Shown: positions 10,501 through 24,695, numbered from the stretch's first letter. The stretch is DNA of 64,000 bases from an uncultured Undibacterium sp. (GCA_963512475.1 CAUPNA010000004.1:2551-66550), one strand, 5' to 3'. Made by a program: numbers and translations. The notes: generated by a model not told the origin, from the letters alone.

Positions 10501-11186
10501 TGTATGTTTCACGTGAAACAAATTTAAGTGAGAATATTTTGGGTCAAATTTTGGATCAGATAAGCGGTAAGTTATTTAGGCGAACCGAATTGGGTAATGC
10601 TGAAGTTCGAGATCGCGCATTAAACTTAAATAAGTTTGAGCAAACTTTGTTGATTTCCGTCGACGGCGAAACCAGTGTGATCGAACTTGGTAAGTTATTT
10701 CAAGCGACTGAGATATCCGATTTCGATGCGGCTATTCGTAATCTTCAAAAAAAGGTGTTGATTGAGGTAGTGCCAGACGAGGCTGCGAAAGAGGAATTTG
10801 GTGCTAATCTCTTGCGGTCAAGTATAGATGATTTCGATTCGGAGAATTTCTTTTCGGGTTCGCTTCGACCTATGCAGACTGGTTCTGGCTTGGTGGTCGA
10901 TACGCATGCTAATAAAATGAAATCTGTGAACCTGAAGAAGCGTGACTTTTCAGTACATGAGTCATTCGAGCTTTCATTGGGCTTGGACGATGATGATAAA
11001 GATAAAAAGACCAAGCGTTTGAAAAAGAAACTGGTGCAAGTTTTTCCTGAACCAGAGAAGGTTAAGAAGCGTAAGCGTTCAAGGCGTAAGGTTGAGGAGG
11101 TTCCTGAGAATAAGTGGAAGTTGCGGATTTATATTGGCTTGATTGCGGGTGGTGTTTTGTTGGCTTTGTTTTCGCTATTTAGTTAG
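10500..11186 (+). CDS. Hypothetical protein with a basic Lys/Arg patch and C-terminal TM helix
   Basis: 228-aa ORF; GTG start overlaps the upstream TAG by 1 nt; ends WKLRIYIGLIAGGVLLALFSLFS; start position uncertain. Confidence 0.7.
   Translation: MYVSRETNLSENILGQILDQISGKLFRRTELGNAEVRDRALNLNKFEQTLLISVDGETSVIELGKLFQATEISDFDAAIRNLQKKVLIEVVPDEAAKEEFGANLLRSSIDDFDSENFFSGSLRPMQTGSGLVVDTHANKMKSVNLKKRDFSVHESFELSLGLDDDDKDKKTKRLKKKLVQVFPEPEKVKKRKRSRRKVEEVPENKWKLRIYIGLIAGGVLLALFSLFS
10505..10520. promoter_or_regulatory. parS: parS site (perfect)
   Basis: TGTTTCACGTGAAACA, exact consensus parS palindrome, near parAB. Confidence 0.92.
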
Positions 11187-11194
11187 TTGAGCAG

Positions 11195-11210
11195 TGTTTC
11201 ACGTGAAACA
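11195..11210. promoter_or_regulatory. parS: parS site (perfect)
   Basis: TGTTTCACGTGAAACA upstream of mnmG. Confidence 0.92.
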
Positions 11211-11389
11211 GTTTTCTTGGGTTTTGTATGCGGTGGTTTGTAATTTTCCGAAATAGTTTGTAAATTGTTCGAAAATTGATCAAATTTCGAGTTTGAATAA
11301 GTTATTCTTAGGTCGAAAAGCAACTATAATCGTGCCTCGTATTAGTTTCACTCTATCGTCACCAAGCAATTCCTCCTTGAGCTATCCAC

Positions 11390-13348
11390 ATGTTTTATCC
11401 AAATGAATTCGATGTCATCGTCGTAGGCGGCGGTCATGCCGGTACAGAAGCCGCTTTGGCTTCCGCACGCATGGGCCAAAAAACCTTATTGTTGACCCAT
11501 AATATTGAGACCTTAGGGCAGATGTCTTGCAATCCATCGATAGGTGGAATTGGCAAAGGCCATCTTGTGAAGGAAGTCGATGCTATGGGCGGCGCAATGG
11601 CAATTGCGACCGATGAGGCGGGCATACAATTTCGGATTTTGAATTCATCTAAAGGCCCTGCGGTGCGAGCGACACGCGCGCAGGCTGACCGTATTTTGTA
11701 TAAGCAAGCGATCCGTAGTCGTCTTGAGAATCAAGAAAACCTGTGGATATTCCAGCAAGCGGTTGATGATTTGTTGGTTGAGGGTGATAGAGTGGTTGGC
11801 GCTGTGACACAAGTCGGCTTGAAATTTAAGGCGCGAGCGGTGGTGTTGACAGCGGGTACTTTCCTCGATGGGAAGATCCATGTTGGTTTGAATAGCTACT
11901 CAGCCGGCCGTGCTGGTGATCCGCCAGCGATCTCTTTATCTAGTCGCTTGAAAGAATTGGCGCTGCCGCAAGGGCGTCTAAAGACGGGTACGCCGCCGCG
12001 TATCGATGGTCGTAGTATCGATTTTTCTCAAATGGAAGAACAGCCGGGTGATCTCAATCCCATTCCAGTATTCTCAGTTATGGGCAATGTTGGGATGCAT
12101 CCGCGTCAAGTACCATGCTGGATTACCCATACGAATGCCAAAACACATGACATTATCCGCGCTGGCTTAGATCGCAGTCCGATGTACACGGGCGTGATCG
12201 AAGGTGTTGGGCCACGCTATTGTCCATCAATTGAAGATAAGATTCATCGCTTCTCAGGCAAGGATTCGCATCAGATTTTCCTTGAGCCTGAAGGCCTGAC
12301 AACAAACGAATTCTACCCAAATGGCATTTCTACCAGCCTGCCGTTTGATGTGCAACTGGAGCTGGTGCGTTCCATGCGCGGTATGGAAAACGCCTATATT
12401 TTGCGTCCCGGCTATGCGATTGAATACGATTATTTTGATCCAAGAGGATTAAAAACTTCTTTAGAAACACGTTCTATCCAAGGATTATTCTTCGCTGGCC
12501 AGATCAATGGTACGACTGGATACGAAGAAGCTGCAGCGCAAGGGATGTTGGCGGGTCTCAATGCAGCATTGCAAACGCAGGGCAAAGAGGCTTGGGTGCC
12601 ACGTCGTGATGAAGCCTATCTGGGTGTGTTGGTCGATGATTTGGTAACGAAAGGCGTGCAAGAGCCTTACCGTATGTTCACCAGTCGCGCCGAATTCCGC
12701 CTCAGTTTGCGTGAAGATAATGCCGACATGCGCCTGACTGAGATCGGTCGCAAGCTTGGTTGCGTCAGCGATAAGCAATGGCAAATGTTCGAAGAAAAGC
12801 GTGAAGCGGTTTCACGTGAAATGGAAAGATTAAAGTCAACCTGGGTTAATCCACGCATCGTTGACGATGCAGAAGCTGAGCGTGTGGTCGGCAAAGCATT
12901 GGAGCGTGAATACTCACTGGCTGATTTATTGCGCCGTCCGCAAGTGACCTACGATCACTTAATGACGCTCAAAGGCAAAGAAGGACAATCTTTAGCAGGC
13001 GAAAACCTTGCAGATCCAGCAGTCAAAGAGCAGATAGAAATTCAAATCAAATATTCCGGTTATATCGGACGTCAGGCCAAAGAGGTCGAACGTCAGGCAT
13101 ATTATGAAAATCTGAAAATGCCAGACGACTTTGATTACTTGGAAGTGAACGGTCTCTCTATCGAAGTGAAGCAAAAACTGAATGCACAAAAACCAGAAAC
13201 TTTAGGGCAGTGTGGTCGCATCTCCGGCGTGACGCCTGCGGCTTTGTCCTTACTGCTAGTGCATCTGAAAAAACGTGGTTTTAAAGGTTTTGCTAATGCA
13301 GCACCAGCCAATGATGAAGAATTAAATGTCAAAGTGGTGGGTGAATAA
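11390..13348 (+). CDS. mnmG: tRNA uridine-5-carboxymethylaminomethyl(34) synthesis enzyme MnmG (GidA)
   Basis: [61 protein letters not shown]. Confidence 0.98.
   Translation: MFYPNEFDVIVVGGGHAGTEAALASARMGQKTLLLTHNIETLGQMSCNPSIGGIGKGHLVKEVDAMGGAMAIATDEAGIQFRILNSSKGPAVRATRAQADRILYKQAIRSRLENQENLWIFQQAVDDLLVEGDRVVGAVTQVGLKFKARAVVLTAGTFLDGKIHVGLNSYSAGRAGDPPAISLSSRLKELALPQGRLKTGTPPRIDGRSIDFSQMEEQPGDLNPIPVFSVMGNVGMHPRQVPCWITHTNAKTHDIIRAGLDRSPMYTGVIEGVGPRYCPSIEDKIHRFSGKDSHQIFLEPEGLTTNEFYPNGISTSLPFDVQLELVRSMRGMENAYILRPGYAIEYDYFDPRGLKTSLETRSIQGLFFAGQINGTTGYEEAAAQGMLAGLNAALQTQGKEAWVPRRDEAYLGVLVDDLVTKGVQEPYRMFTSRAEFRLSLREDNADMRLTEIGRKLGCVSDKQWQMFEEKREAVSREMERLKSTWVNPRIVDDAEAERVVGKALEREYSLADLLRRPQVTYDHLMTLKGKEGQSLAGENLADPAVKEQIEIQIKYSGYIGRQAKEVERQAYYENLKMPDDFDYLEVNGLSIEVKQKLNAQKPETLGQCGRISGVTPAALSLLLVHLKKRGFKGFANAAPANDEELNVKVVGE
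12808..12823. promoter_or_regulatory. parS: parS-like site inside mnmG
   Basis: gGTTTCACGTGAAAtg; 12-bp core TTTCACGTGAAA intact. Confidence 0.65.
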
Positions 13349-13351
13349 GCT

Positions 13352-13999
13352 ATGAGTCGTTTTGATAAAGAAGCTCTGGGAAATGAGCTGAGAGAAGGTA
13401 TTGCCTCCTTAGGTCTGCCATTGAATGAAGAACAAGTAGAAAAAATGTTGGCCTACTTGGCTTTATTGATCAAGTGGAATTCGGTCTATAACCTCACTTC
13501 CATTCGCGATCCGCATGACATGGTCAAGCAACATTTGCTCGACTCTTTGTCGGCAGTGCATGCTTTTACCCAAGCGAAGAACATTCTTGATGTCGGTTCT
13601 GGTGGTGGTTTGCCAGGCATAGTCTTGGCGATTGTTTTTCCAACCGCTTCAGTGACGATGATTGATATCGTCAATAAGAAGACCGCGTTCCTGACACAAG
13701 TGAAAGCTGAGCTCAAGCTCAAAAATGTTACTGTGCACACAGGACGCGTCGAGCTTTTGAAAGTCGAGCACAAATTCGACGTGATTACGTCGCGCGCATT
13801 TTCCGAGTTAAATAACTTCATCAACTGGTCGCAGCATCTGTTGACTGAGGATGGGCGCTTTTTGGCGATGAAGGGTGTTTCCCCAACACAGGAGATTGAA
13901 CGTCTGCCTGAAGGTTGGGAAGTCGAAAGTATAGAACCTTTGAAAGTGCCAGGTCTGGTTGTAGAAAGACATCTGGTACATGTGAAGAAGCTAGCTTGA
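13352..13999 (+). CDS. rsmG: 16S rRNA m7G527 methyltransferase RsmG (GidB)
   Basis: KWNSVYNLT, HLLDSL, LDVGSGGGLPG, TSRAFS. Confidence 0.96.
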   Translation: MSRFDKEALGNELREGIASLGLPLNEEQVEKMLAYLALLIKWNSVYNLTSIRDPHDMVKQHLLDSLSAVHAFTQAKNILDVGSGGGLPGIVLAIVFPTASVTMIDIVNKKTAFLTQVKAELKLKNVTVHTGRVELLKVEHKFDVITSRAFSELNNFINWSQHLLTEDGRFLAMKGVSPTQEIERLPEGWEVESIEPLKVPGLVVERHLVHVKKLA

Positions 14000-14007
14000 G
14001 CAATTTA

Positions 14008-14023
14008 AGTTACACGTGAAACA
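14008..14023. promoter_or_regulatory. parS: parS-like site just upstream of parA
   Basis: aGTTaCACGTGAAACA, 2 mismatches to consensus. Confidence 0.75.
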
Positions 14024-14070
14024 GCAGTTCCGGGATTTTCTTTTAACCGCAGTTATTCTAAAAAGTGTCT

Positions 14071-14850
14071 ATGGCTAAAATTTTTTGCGTTGCCAATCAA
14101 AAAGGTGGTGTAGGAAAAACTACTACAACGGTCAATCTAGCTGCGGGTTTGGCTAAGCTTGATCAGCGAGTTTTGCTGGTCGATCTTGATCCCCAAGGCA
14201 ATGCCACTATGGGGGCGGGAGTCAATAAAGCCAAGATAGAATTGTCTGTTTACCAAGTTTTGCTGGGTATGGCGGATGTGAAATCTGCCGTGGTTAGATC
14301 GGAATCTGGTAAATTTGACATTCTTCCAGCCAACCGTGAACTAGCCGGCGCTGAGGTTGAAATGGTCGAGTTAGAAAACCGAGATAAGCGTCTACGCTTG
14401 GCCTTAGACCAAGTGGGCGCTGACTACGACTTCATTTTGATCGATTGCCCACCCGCTCTGTCGATGCTGACACTGAATGGTTTATGTGCAGCGAATGGTG
14501 TGATTATTCCTATGCAATGTGAATACTATGCTCTGGAAGGGCTGTCGGATTTGGCGAATACGATCAAGAAGGTCTCCGCTAATTTGAATCCAGACTTGAA
14601 AATTGTTGGTTTATTGCGGGTCATGTTTGACCCACGTATGACTTTGTCTCAACAGGTATCTGATCAACTGGAGCAACATTTTGGTGAGAAGGTATTTAAG
14701 ACTGTGATCCCGCGTAACGTGCGACTAGCCGAAGCACCTTCCTATGGTATTCCTGGCGTGGTATTTGACCCATCTTCCAAAGGCGCACAAGCGTATATCG
14801 CCTTCGGCGCAGAGATGGTGGAAAGAATTAAAGCATTGGATAAGAAATAA
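14071..14850 (+). CDS. parA: Chromosome partitioning ATPase ParA (Soj)
   Basis: ANQKGGVGKTTT, DLDPQGNAT, IDCPP, IPRNVRLAEAPSYG. Confidence 0.97.
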   Translation: MAKIFCVANQKGGVGKTTTTVNLAAGLAKLDQRVLLVDLDPQGNATMGAGVNKAKIELSVYQVLLGMADVKSAVVRSESGKFDILPANRELAGAEVEMVELENRDKRLRLALDQVGADYDFILIDCPPALSMLTLNGLCAANGVIIPMQCEYYALEGLSDLANTIKKVSANLNPDLKIVGLLRVMFDPRMTLSQQVSDQLEQHFGEKVFKTVIPRNVRLAEAPSYGIPGVVFDPSSKGAQAYIAFGAEMVERIKALDKK

Positions 14851-14864
14851 ACCTCTAAATTATT

Positions 14865-15758
14865 ATGGCAACTAAAAAACAAAAAGGCTTGGGGCGTGGC
14901 TTAGACGCTCTATTAGACGGCGCTGGCGATTTTGCCGAAGCGGTACCAACAGTCGTTGGCGCACCGACCAGTTTGCCGGTCACGCAAATGCAAGCCGGTA
15001 AATACCAGCCACGGACTCGTATGGATGAGGGCGCCTTGGCTGAGCTAGCAGCCTCGATTAAAGCCCAAGGCCTGATGCAGCCTATTCTGGTGCGTCCAAT
15101 CGGTCAGGCGAATGGCGTAACCAAATACGAGATCATCGCTGGTGAGCGTCGCTTCCGTGCCTCGCAGATGGCCGGTTTAACTGAAGTTGCTGTCATGGTG
15201 AAAGATGTCGACGATCAAGCCGCTGCGGCCATGGCCTTGATCGAAAATATCCAACGCGAAGACTTAAATCCTTTGGAAGAAGCGCAAGGTATTCATCGCT
15301 TGATTTCGGACTTTACATTTACGCACGAGCAAGCAGCCAATGCGGTAGGGCGTTCACGCAGCGCGGTATCGAATCTTTTGCGCTTGTTAAATTTGGCGCG
15401 TCCGGTACAAACCATGTTGATGGCAGGCGATATCGATATGGGTCATGCCCGTGCATTATTAGCAGTTGACGCTGCAACGCAGATTCAGCTAGCGAATCAG
15501 GTCGTGGCAAAACGAATGTCAGTACGTGACACGGAAAAGCTGGTCACCAAGACCACGGCAGAGTTAGCGACACCGGCCAAGCAAAAAGATAAAGCAGAAA
15601 AATCTCGTGACATTACGCGTCTCGAAGAAGAGTTGTCAGATTTGCTAGCGACCCAAGTGACTTTGAAGATGGGCAGCAAAGGCCGAGGTCAGATGCTGAT
15701 TGATTTTGAGGATTTGGATTCTTTGGATGGCGTGATACTGAAAATTCGTGGGCGGTGA
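14865..15758 (+). CDS. parB: Chromosome partitioning protein ParB (Spo0J)
   Basis: GLGRGLDALL, QPR, IIAGERRFRA, ENIQREDLNPLEEA, HTH with RSAVSNLLRLL. Confidence 0.97.
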   Translation: MATKKQKGLGRGLDALLDGAGDFAEAVPTVVGAPTSLPVTQMQAGKYQPRTRMDEGALAELAASIKAQGLMQPILVRPIGQANGVTKYEIIAGERRFRASQMAGLTEVAVMVKDVDDQAAAAMALIENIQREDLNPLEEAQGIHRLISDFTFTHEQAANAVGRSRSAVSNLLRLLNLARPVQTMLMAGDIDMGHARALLAVDAATQIQLANQVVAKRMSVRDTEKLVTKTTAELATPAKQKDKAEKSRDITRLEEELSDLLATQVTLKMGSKGRGQMLIDFEDLDSLDGVILKIRGR

Positions 15759-15881
15759 TTCATTGGAATAAAAAGGTTTAAATAACAAGTTTTCTGATAA
15801 TCCACAGCAAACTTGTTATTTAATCGAAGACTATTAGGCAAATGAATTCCAAAACGAAATTTGTTGCGTTGCATCAAACGT

Positions 15882-15910
15882 TTGACCTTGCTTATACATG
15901 CACGTATAAT
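15882..15910 (+). promoter_or_regulatory. sigma70 promoter of the atp operon
   Basis: TTGACC-17 bp-TATAAT. Confidence 0.8.
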
Positions 15911-16078
15911 TCCGTGGCTTTGGAAAATCTGCCCTAACGCGCACCAAAATAGCTCGAAGGCAGCACTACAATAGATCAGACAGAGCACCAATGCAGCGCA
16001 GAATAAGCATCTAAAAATAAGAAATCTGCTTCGCGCGCTGACGATAAATGAACACTTGTTGTAAAACTGGGGAGTGGC

Positions 16079-17244
<1,166 letters not shown>

Positions 17245-17310
17245 TGATTAGCAACGAGTAATCCGTAATAGGTAGTTCAGTAACATTCAGTAAAAACGGT
17301 TTCGAATCGA

Positions 17311-17635
<325 letters not shown>

Positions 17636-17653
17636 TTTAATTTCCTTTTTCTA

Positions 17654-17686
17654 CCGCAGTGCTGGTCATTGGATCAGCGCTAGCGG
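17654..17686 (+). other. Intercistronic stem-loop atpE-atpF
   Basis: ccgc-agtgctggtc/attg/gatcagcgct-agcgg hairpin without U tail. Confidence 0.6.
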
Positions 17687-17713
17687 AACGATAATTCACA
17701 CAAGGAAACGACG

Positions 17714-18184
17714 ATGAATCTTAATCAAACCATGTTGTACCAAGCGGCGGTGTTCTTCATCCTCGCTTTGTTCACAATGAAATTCGTTTGGCCACCATTG
17801 ATTGGTGCCATCGATGCACGTATGAAAAAAATCGCAGACGGTTTAGCCGCTGCGGATCAAGGGCAAGCCGCCATGAAAGAAGCTGAGAAAAAAGTTCAGC
17901 TTGAATTGGCAGCCGCTCATGATAAAGGTATGACACAAATTGCTAACGCTGAGAAGCGTGGTCAATTGATCGTTGAAGAAGCTAAGAATGCTGCCAATGC
18001 AGAAGCTGCGCGTATTATCGCTGCTGCTCAAGCGGAAGCTGCAAATCAAGTCACAAAAGCACGCGAAGAGTTGCGCGACCAGGTTGCTGCATTAGCAGTC
18101 AAAGGCGCAGAGCAAATTCTGAAACGTGAGGTTAACGCGTCTGCTCATGCAGATTTGTTAAACCAATTGAAGACTGAGCTGTAA
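17714..18184 (+). CDS. atpF: F0 subunit b
   Basis: [27 protein letters not shown]. Confidence 0.96.
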   Translation: MNLNQTMLYQAAVFFILALFTMKFVWPPLIGAIDARMKKIADGLAAADQGQAAMKEAEKKVQLELAAAHDKGMTQIANAEKRGQLIVEEAKNAANAEAARIIAAAQAEAANQVTKAREELRDQVAALAVKGAEQILKREVNASAHADLLNQLKTEL

Positions 18185-18186
18185 TC

Positions 18187-18720
18187 ATGGCAGAACTCGC
18201 AACGATCGCTCGTCCATACGCAGAAGCGTTGTATCGCGTTGCTAAGTCCGGTAACTTGTCCGCTTGGTCGGAACTCGTTGCCGAGATGGCGCAAGCCGCA
18301 GCGCATCCCGATGTAGTAGCTCTTGCACACAACCCCAAAGTCTCCGCAGCGCAAACTGCTGAGGCTTTCTTGTCCGTGTTGAAGTCCCCTGTAAATGCTG
18401 AAGCCAAAAACTTCATCACTACATTGACTGAATATGACCGTTTAACCACATTGCCAGAAATCGCTGTGCAATTTCATGCTTTGCAAAACGCCGACGCTGG
18501 CTCTGCAGATGCTGAAATCACCAGCGCATTTGAAATGACTGACGCACAGGTTAAAGATTTGGCCGCAACACTGGAAAAGAAATTTGGTCGCAAACTGCAC
18601 CCAACTGTGACAGTGGATTCGTCCCTGATCGGTGGTGTGCGTATCGTGGTTGGTGATCAAGTGCTAGATACTTCGGTTCGCGCTAAGCTGCAACAGATGC
18701 ACAACGCTTTGACTGCATAA
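18187..18720 (+). CDS. atpH: F1 subunit delta
   Basis: [34 protein letters not shown]. Confidence 0.97.
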   Translation: MAELATIARPYAEALYRVAKSGNLSAWSELVAEMAQAAAHPDVVALAHNPKVSAAQTAEAFLSVLKSPVNAEAKNFITTLTEYDRLTTLPEIAVQFHALQNADAGSADAEITSAFEMTDAQVKDLAATLEKKFGRKLHPTVTVDSSLIGGVRIVVGDQVLDTSVRAKLQQMHNALTA

Positions 18721-18758
18721 TTGCCGTCATAAGTACTGAAACAATTTTAGGAGTTTGT

Positions 18759-20300
18759 ATGCAACTCAACCCATCAGAAATCAGCGAGTTGATCAAGAGC
18801 CGTATTCAAGGCCTTGGCGACGGTGCTGAGATTCGTAATCAAGGTACGGTTATTTCCGTTACCGACGGCATCTGCCGCATCCACGGTTTGTCCGATGCGA
18901 TGCAAGGTGAGATGTTGGAATTCCCAGGCAATACATTTGGCCTGGCTTTGAACTTGGAACGTGATTCCGTTGGTGCCGTTATTCTTGGTGACTACGAGCA
19001 CATTTCAGAAGGCGACACAGTCAAATGTACTGGTCGTATTTTGGAAGTTCCTATCGGTCCAGAACTGCGCGGCCGTGTTGTCAACGCATTGGGTCAACCA
19101 ATCGATGGCAAAGGTCCTATCAATGCAAAATTGTCTGCGCCAATCGAAAAGATTGCACCAGGCGTTATTGCACGTCAATCTGTTTCTCAACCATTGCAAA
19201 CTGGCTTGAAGTCTATCGACTCCATGGTTCCAGTGGGTCGTGGTCAGCGTGAATTGATCATTGGCGATCGTCAAACTGGTAAAACAGCGGTAGCGATCGA
19301 TGCGATCATCAATCAAAAAGGTCAAGACGTTACTTGTATCTATGTAGCGATTGGTCAAAAAGCGTCTTCCGTTAAAAACGTTGTGCGTGCCTTAGAAGCA
19401 CACGGCGCGATGGAATACACGATCGTTGTTGCCGCAACTGCAGCTGAATCTGCAGCGATGCAATACGTATCCGCATACTCTGGTTGCGCGATGGGTGAAT
19501 ATTTCCGCGATCGCGGAGAAGATGCATTGATCGTTTATGATGATTTGTCTAAGCAAGCTGTGGCTTACCGTCAAGTTTCCCTGTTGTTGCGCCGTCCACC
19601 AGGTCGTGAAGCATACCCAGGTGACGTGTTCTATTTGCACTCACGTTTGTTAGAGCGCGCAGCACGTGTTAACCCAGACTACGTTGAAGCATTCACTAAA
19701 GGTGAAGTTAAAGGTAAGACAGGTTCATTGACAGCATTGCCTATCATTGAAACACAAGCTGGTGACGTTTCTGCTTTCGTTCCAACCAACGTAATTTCGA
19801 TTACTGACGGTCAGATCTTCTTGGAAACTTCTTTGTTTAACGCAGGTATTCGTCCAGCGATTAACGCCGGTATTTCCGTGTCACGCGTTGGTGGTGCTGC
19901 TCAAACTAAAGTTATCAAAAACTTGTCCGGTGGTATTCGTACTGACTTGGCACAGTATCGTGAATTGGCTGCGTTTGCGCAGTTCGCTTCTGATCTGGAT
20001 GAAGCAACCCGTAAGCAATTGGATCGTGGTGCACGCGTGACTGAATTGTTGAAACAAGCTCAGTACGCTCCGTTGTCAATTTCTCTGATGGCAGTGACTT
20101 TGTTCGCAGTGAACAAAGGCTTCTTGGATGATGTACCTGTGAAGAAAGTTTTGGCTTTCGAAGCTGGCGTGCATAATTTCATGAAAACTAGCCATGCAGC
20201 CTTGTTGCAAAAGATTGAAGAGACTAAGCAATTGGACAAAGATGGCGAAGCTGCCATGTCTGCCGCAATCGCTGATTTCAAAAAATCCGGCGCATTTTAA
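18759..20300 (+). CDS. atpA: F1 subunit alpha
   Basis: [29 protein letters not shown]. Confidence 0.99.
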   Translation: MQLNPSEISELIKSRIQGLGDGAEIRNQGTVISVTDGICRIHGLSDAMQGEMLEFPGNTFGLALNLERDSVGAVILGDYEHISEGDTVKCTGRILEVPIGPELRGRVVNALGQPIDGKGPINAKLSAPIEKIAPGVIARQSVSQPLQTGLKSIDSMVPVGRGQRELIIGDRQTGKTAVAIDAIINQKGQDVTCIYVAIGQKASSVKNVVRALEAHGAMEYTIVVAATAAESAAMQYVSAYSGCAMGEYFRDRGEDALIVYDDLSKQAVAYRQVSLLLRRPPGREAYPGDVFYLHSRLLERAARVNPDYVEAFTKGEVKGKTGSLTALPIIETQAGDVSAFVPTNVISITDGQIFLETSLFNAGIRPAINAGISVSRVGGAAQTKVIKNLSGGIRTDLAQYRELAAFAQFASDLDEATRKQLDRGARVTELLKQAQYAPLSISLMAVTLFAVNKGFLDDVPVKKVLAFEAGVHNFMKTSHAALLQKIEETKQLDKDGEAAMSAAIADFKKSGAF

Positions 20301-20327
20301 TTACTTATAGCTTGAAGGAGTTTACTC

Positions 20328-21197
20328 ATGGCTGTAGGTAAAGAGATACGTGGCAAGATCAAGAGCGTAGAGAATACGAAGAAGATCACGAAGGCGATGG
20401 AAATGGTCGCCGCTTCTAAAATGCGTAAAGCGCAGGAAAGAATGCGTGCGGCTCGTCCGTACAGTGAGAAGATTCGTACGATCACAGCTAACTTGTCACA
20501 GGCTAACCCAGAGTACACGCATCCTTTCATGGTTCAACAAGATCAATCCAAGAAAGTTGGATTGATCGTTGTAACGACAGATAAGGGTTTGTGCGGCGGT
20601 TTAAACACCAACGTACTGCGTTTGGTCACCACCAAAATGCGTGAACTTGAAGGTCAGGGTTCAAAAATTGAAGCGGTCGCAATTGGTAATAAAGGTTTTG
20701 GTTTCCTGAATCGAGTAGGTGCAAAAGTTGTGGCGCATGCGACGCAATTGGGTGATACACCCCACCTCGATAAATTGATTGGTCCAGTCAAGTTGTTATT
20801 GGATGCGTATCAGGAAGGCAAAATCGATGCGGTTTACTTAAGCTACACGAAATTCATTAACACCATGAAGCAAGAGCCAGTGTTAGAGCAATTATTGCCT
20901 CTGACAGCGGACAAGCTGGAAACAAATAAAGCCCAACATTCTTGGGACTACATTTACGAACCAGATGCGGCTGCGGTGATCGATGAATTGTTGATTCGTT
21001 ATGTTGAAGCCTTGATTTATCAAGCTGTTGCAGAAAACATGGCGTCTGAACAATCGGCACGTATGGTGGCGATGAAGTCAGCAAGTGATAACGCAGGTAG
21101 TGTGATTGGTGAGTTGAAATTGATTTACAACAAAACTCGTCAAGCCGCTATTACCAAAGAGCTTTCCGAGATCGTCGCCGGCGCGGCAGCGGTCTAA
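20328..21197 (+). CDS. atpG: F1 subunit gamma
   Basis: [30 protein letters not shown]. Confidence 0.98.
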   Translation: MAVGKEIRGKIKSVENTKKITKAMEMVAASKMRKAQERMRAARPYSEKIRTITANLSQANPEYTHPFMVQQDQSKKVGLIVVTTDKGLCGGLNTNVLRLVTTKMRELEGQGSKIEAVAIGNKGFGFLNRVGAKVVAHATQLGDTPHLDKLIGPVKLLLDAYQEGKIDAVYLSYTKFINTMKQEPVLEQLLPLTADKLETNKAQHSWDYIYEPDAAAVIDELLIRYVEALIYQAVAENMASEQSARMVAMKSASDNAGSVIGELKLIYNKTRQAAITKELSEIVAGAAAV

Positions 21198-22631
<1,434 letters not shown>

Positions 22632-22664
22632 TTATTCCAAGCCCGCGAGGGCAAGGAGTGACGT

Positions 22665-22787
22665 CCCCCTCCCCTTCAAGGGGAGGGCCGGGGTGGGGAT
22701 GGGGTAAAGTTCGAGTTACTAAGAAGGATATAAGTGCTCAATGTTAACCCCATCCCCCTCCCTACCTCCCCCTTGAAGGGGGAGGGG
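22665..22787. repeat. Inverted pair of CCCCTCCCC-type REP palindromes between atpD and atpC
   Basis: cccctccccttcaaggggagggccggggtggggatggggt ... accccatccccctccctacctcccccttgaagggggagggg. Confidence 0.85.
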
Positions 22788-22809
22788 CATTTTGAAAAAA
22801 GGTTAGCAC

Positions 22810-23232
22810 ATGGCACATACTATTCACGTTGACGTAGTTTCTGCAGAAGAGATGATCTTTTCTGGCGAAGCTGAATTCGTCGCGTTGCCGGGTGAATCAG
22901 GTGAATTGGGTATTTATCCAAAACACACGCCACTGATCACACGTATTAAGCCAGGCGCGGTACGTATTAAGGTTGCAGGTCAAGCTGAAGACGAATTCGT
23001 ATTCGTTGCTGGCGGGATCCTGGAAGTTCAACCTGATAGCGTGACTGTACTTGCTGATACAGCGATCCGTGGTCATGATCTGGATGAGGCAAAAGCAGCA
23101 GAAGCTAAGAAATTAGCGGAAGAAGCTTTGGTCAATCGCGAATCAGGCATCGACTACGCGCAAGCACAAGCCGAATTGCAATCAGCGATTGCACAGTTGG
23201 CAGCGATACAGAAATTGCGTTCTAAGCGTTAA
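22810..23232 (+). CDS. atpC: F1 subunit epsilon
   Basis: [39 protein letters not shown]. Confidence 0.98.
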   Translation: MAHTIHVDVVSAEEMIFSGEAEFVALPGESGELGIYPKHTPLITRIKPGAVRIKVAGQAEDEFVFVAGGILEVQPDSVTVLADTAIRGHDLDEAKAAEAKKLAEEALVNRESGIDYAQAQAELQSAIAQLAAIQKLRSKR

Positions 23233-23296
23233 TTCTGCAAAAGCTTTACTTTGCAGAAGCAATATAGGTTTCAAGGTATTTGTTTTACGATGGAAG

Positions 23297-23324
23297 AGGC
23301 AGCTACGGCTGCCTTTTTCTTTTT
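23297..23324 (+). terminator. Rho-independent terminator of atp operon
   Basis: aggcagc-tacg-gctgcct followed by ttttcttttt. Confidence 0.85.
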
Positions 23325-23351
23325 CAAGATGATTTTTTATGGATATGAAGT

Positions 23352-23777
23352 ATGTCTGAAGTGTTGATTGATCACTTATTGAATACCGCGAAGACCATCG
23401 CCATTGTTGGCATCTCGAATAAACCTGAACGTGACAGCTATAAAGTTGCTGAGTATTTGCAAGAACACGGTTATAAAGTGTTAGCTGTCAATCCGCTGCA
23501 AGCAGGTAATACCATCTTGGGCGAAACTTGCTATGCGAGTTTAAGTGAGGCGCAACAACAAAGCGGTCTCGACATCGATATCGTCGATTGTTTCCGTAAA
23601 TCAGAAGATATCCCAACGATCGTGGATGAAGCCATTGCTATCAAAGCAGGCGCGGTATGGATGCAACTTAGCATCGTGAACGAAGCCGCGGCAGAGCAAG
23701 CCTTAGCGGCTGGATTGCAGATTGTCATGGATAAATGTACTAAGATAGAACACAAACGCTTGCATCAAATTTCCTAA
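23352..23777 (+). CDS. CoA-binding protein (YccU-like)
   Basis: IAIVGISNKPERDSY, DIVDCFR, VWMQL, VMDKC. Confidence 0.88.
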   Translation: MSEVLIDHLLNTAKTIAIVGISNKPERDSYKVAEYLQEHGYKVLAVNPLQAGNTILGETCYASLSEAQQQSGLDIDIVDCFRKSEDIPTIVDEAIAIKAGAVWMQLSIVNEAAAEQALAAGLQIVMDKCTKIEHKRLHQIS

Positions 23778-23794
23778 TTCAAGAGGCAAAACCC

Positions 23795-24607
23795 ATGACC
23801 GCTATCGCCCCACAGTTTCTCGCCACGTCAGACATCGTTTTGCAAGACAAAGACGCGAGCAAACGACCATTTGCTGATGTGGGCACTAAAGAGGCGATGA
23901 AAATAAAGACGGGTAATTTGGGTGAAAAGATCGCTGCTTATCAGGATATTTTGTACGCACAGCACCAGCATAAATTGCTGGTTATTTTGCAGGGCATGGA
24001 TACCTCCGGCAAAGATGGAACCGTGAAGACGGTCTTCGGTCAGCTTAATCCTGCTGGTGTGCGTAGTGTGAGTTTTAAAGCACCGGCTACCATCGAGTTG
24101 GCACATGATTTTTTATGGCGTATCCACCAACAAGTGCCAGCTGCAGGCGAGGTCGTCATTTTTAATCGCAGTCATTATGAAGACGTGCTGATCACCAAGG
24201 TTCATGGTTGGATTGATGTTGCGGAATGTAAGCGACGGTACGCGCACATCAATGCTTTTGAACGCATGCTGAGTGAAACTGGCACGACTATTTTGAAGTT
24301 CTTTTTACATATCTCTAAGGATGAACAAAAATTGCGTCTGGAAGAGCGTATTGCCGATCCAAGCAAACATTGGAAATTTGATCCTCAAGATTTAAATGAG
24401 CGAAAATTCTGGGACGATTATCAAAGCGCATATCAAGACACGATACGAGCCACCCATACCGAGTATGCGCCTTGGCATATTATTCCCGCCAATTCTAAGA
24501 CTCAAAGAAACTTCGCAATTGCAAATGTCGTGACCGAAAAGTTAACAGGAATGGGACTCGCTTATCCAACCGAGAATCCAGCACTGTATAAGCTTAAAGT
24601 CGAATAA
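23795..24607 (+). CDS. ppk2: Polyphosphate kinase 2 family protein
   Basis: LQGMDTSGKDG, FKAP, FNRSHYEDVL, APWHIIPA. Confidence 0.92.
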   Translation: MTAIAPQFLATSDIVLQDKDASKRPFADVGTKEAMKIKTGNLGEKIAAYQDILYAQHQHKLLVILQGMDTSGKDGTVKTVFGQLNPAGVRSVSFKAPATIELAHDFLWRIHQQVPAAGEVVIFNRSHYEDVLITKVHGWIDVAECKRRYAHINAFERMLSETGTTILKFFLHISKDEQKLRLEERIADPSKHWKFDPQDLNERKFWDDYQSAYQDTIRATHTEYAPWHIIPANSKTQRNFAIANVVTEKLTGMGLAYPTENPALYKLKVE

Positions 24608-24695
24608 GATTTTGAGATACTTTTTTCAGTGATGCTGTGACGTACTTTTCGATTGAGAAGCTAGCTTATTCAGTTTTCACCGGTTTTCAAATTAA

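Noticed and set aside
11211-11389. E. coli-style oriC upstream of mnmG (gidA)
   Set aside because: Only one 1-mismatch DnaA box (11382-11390) and no clear unwinding-element repeats
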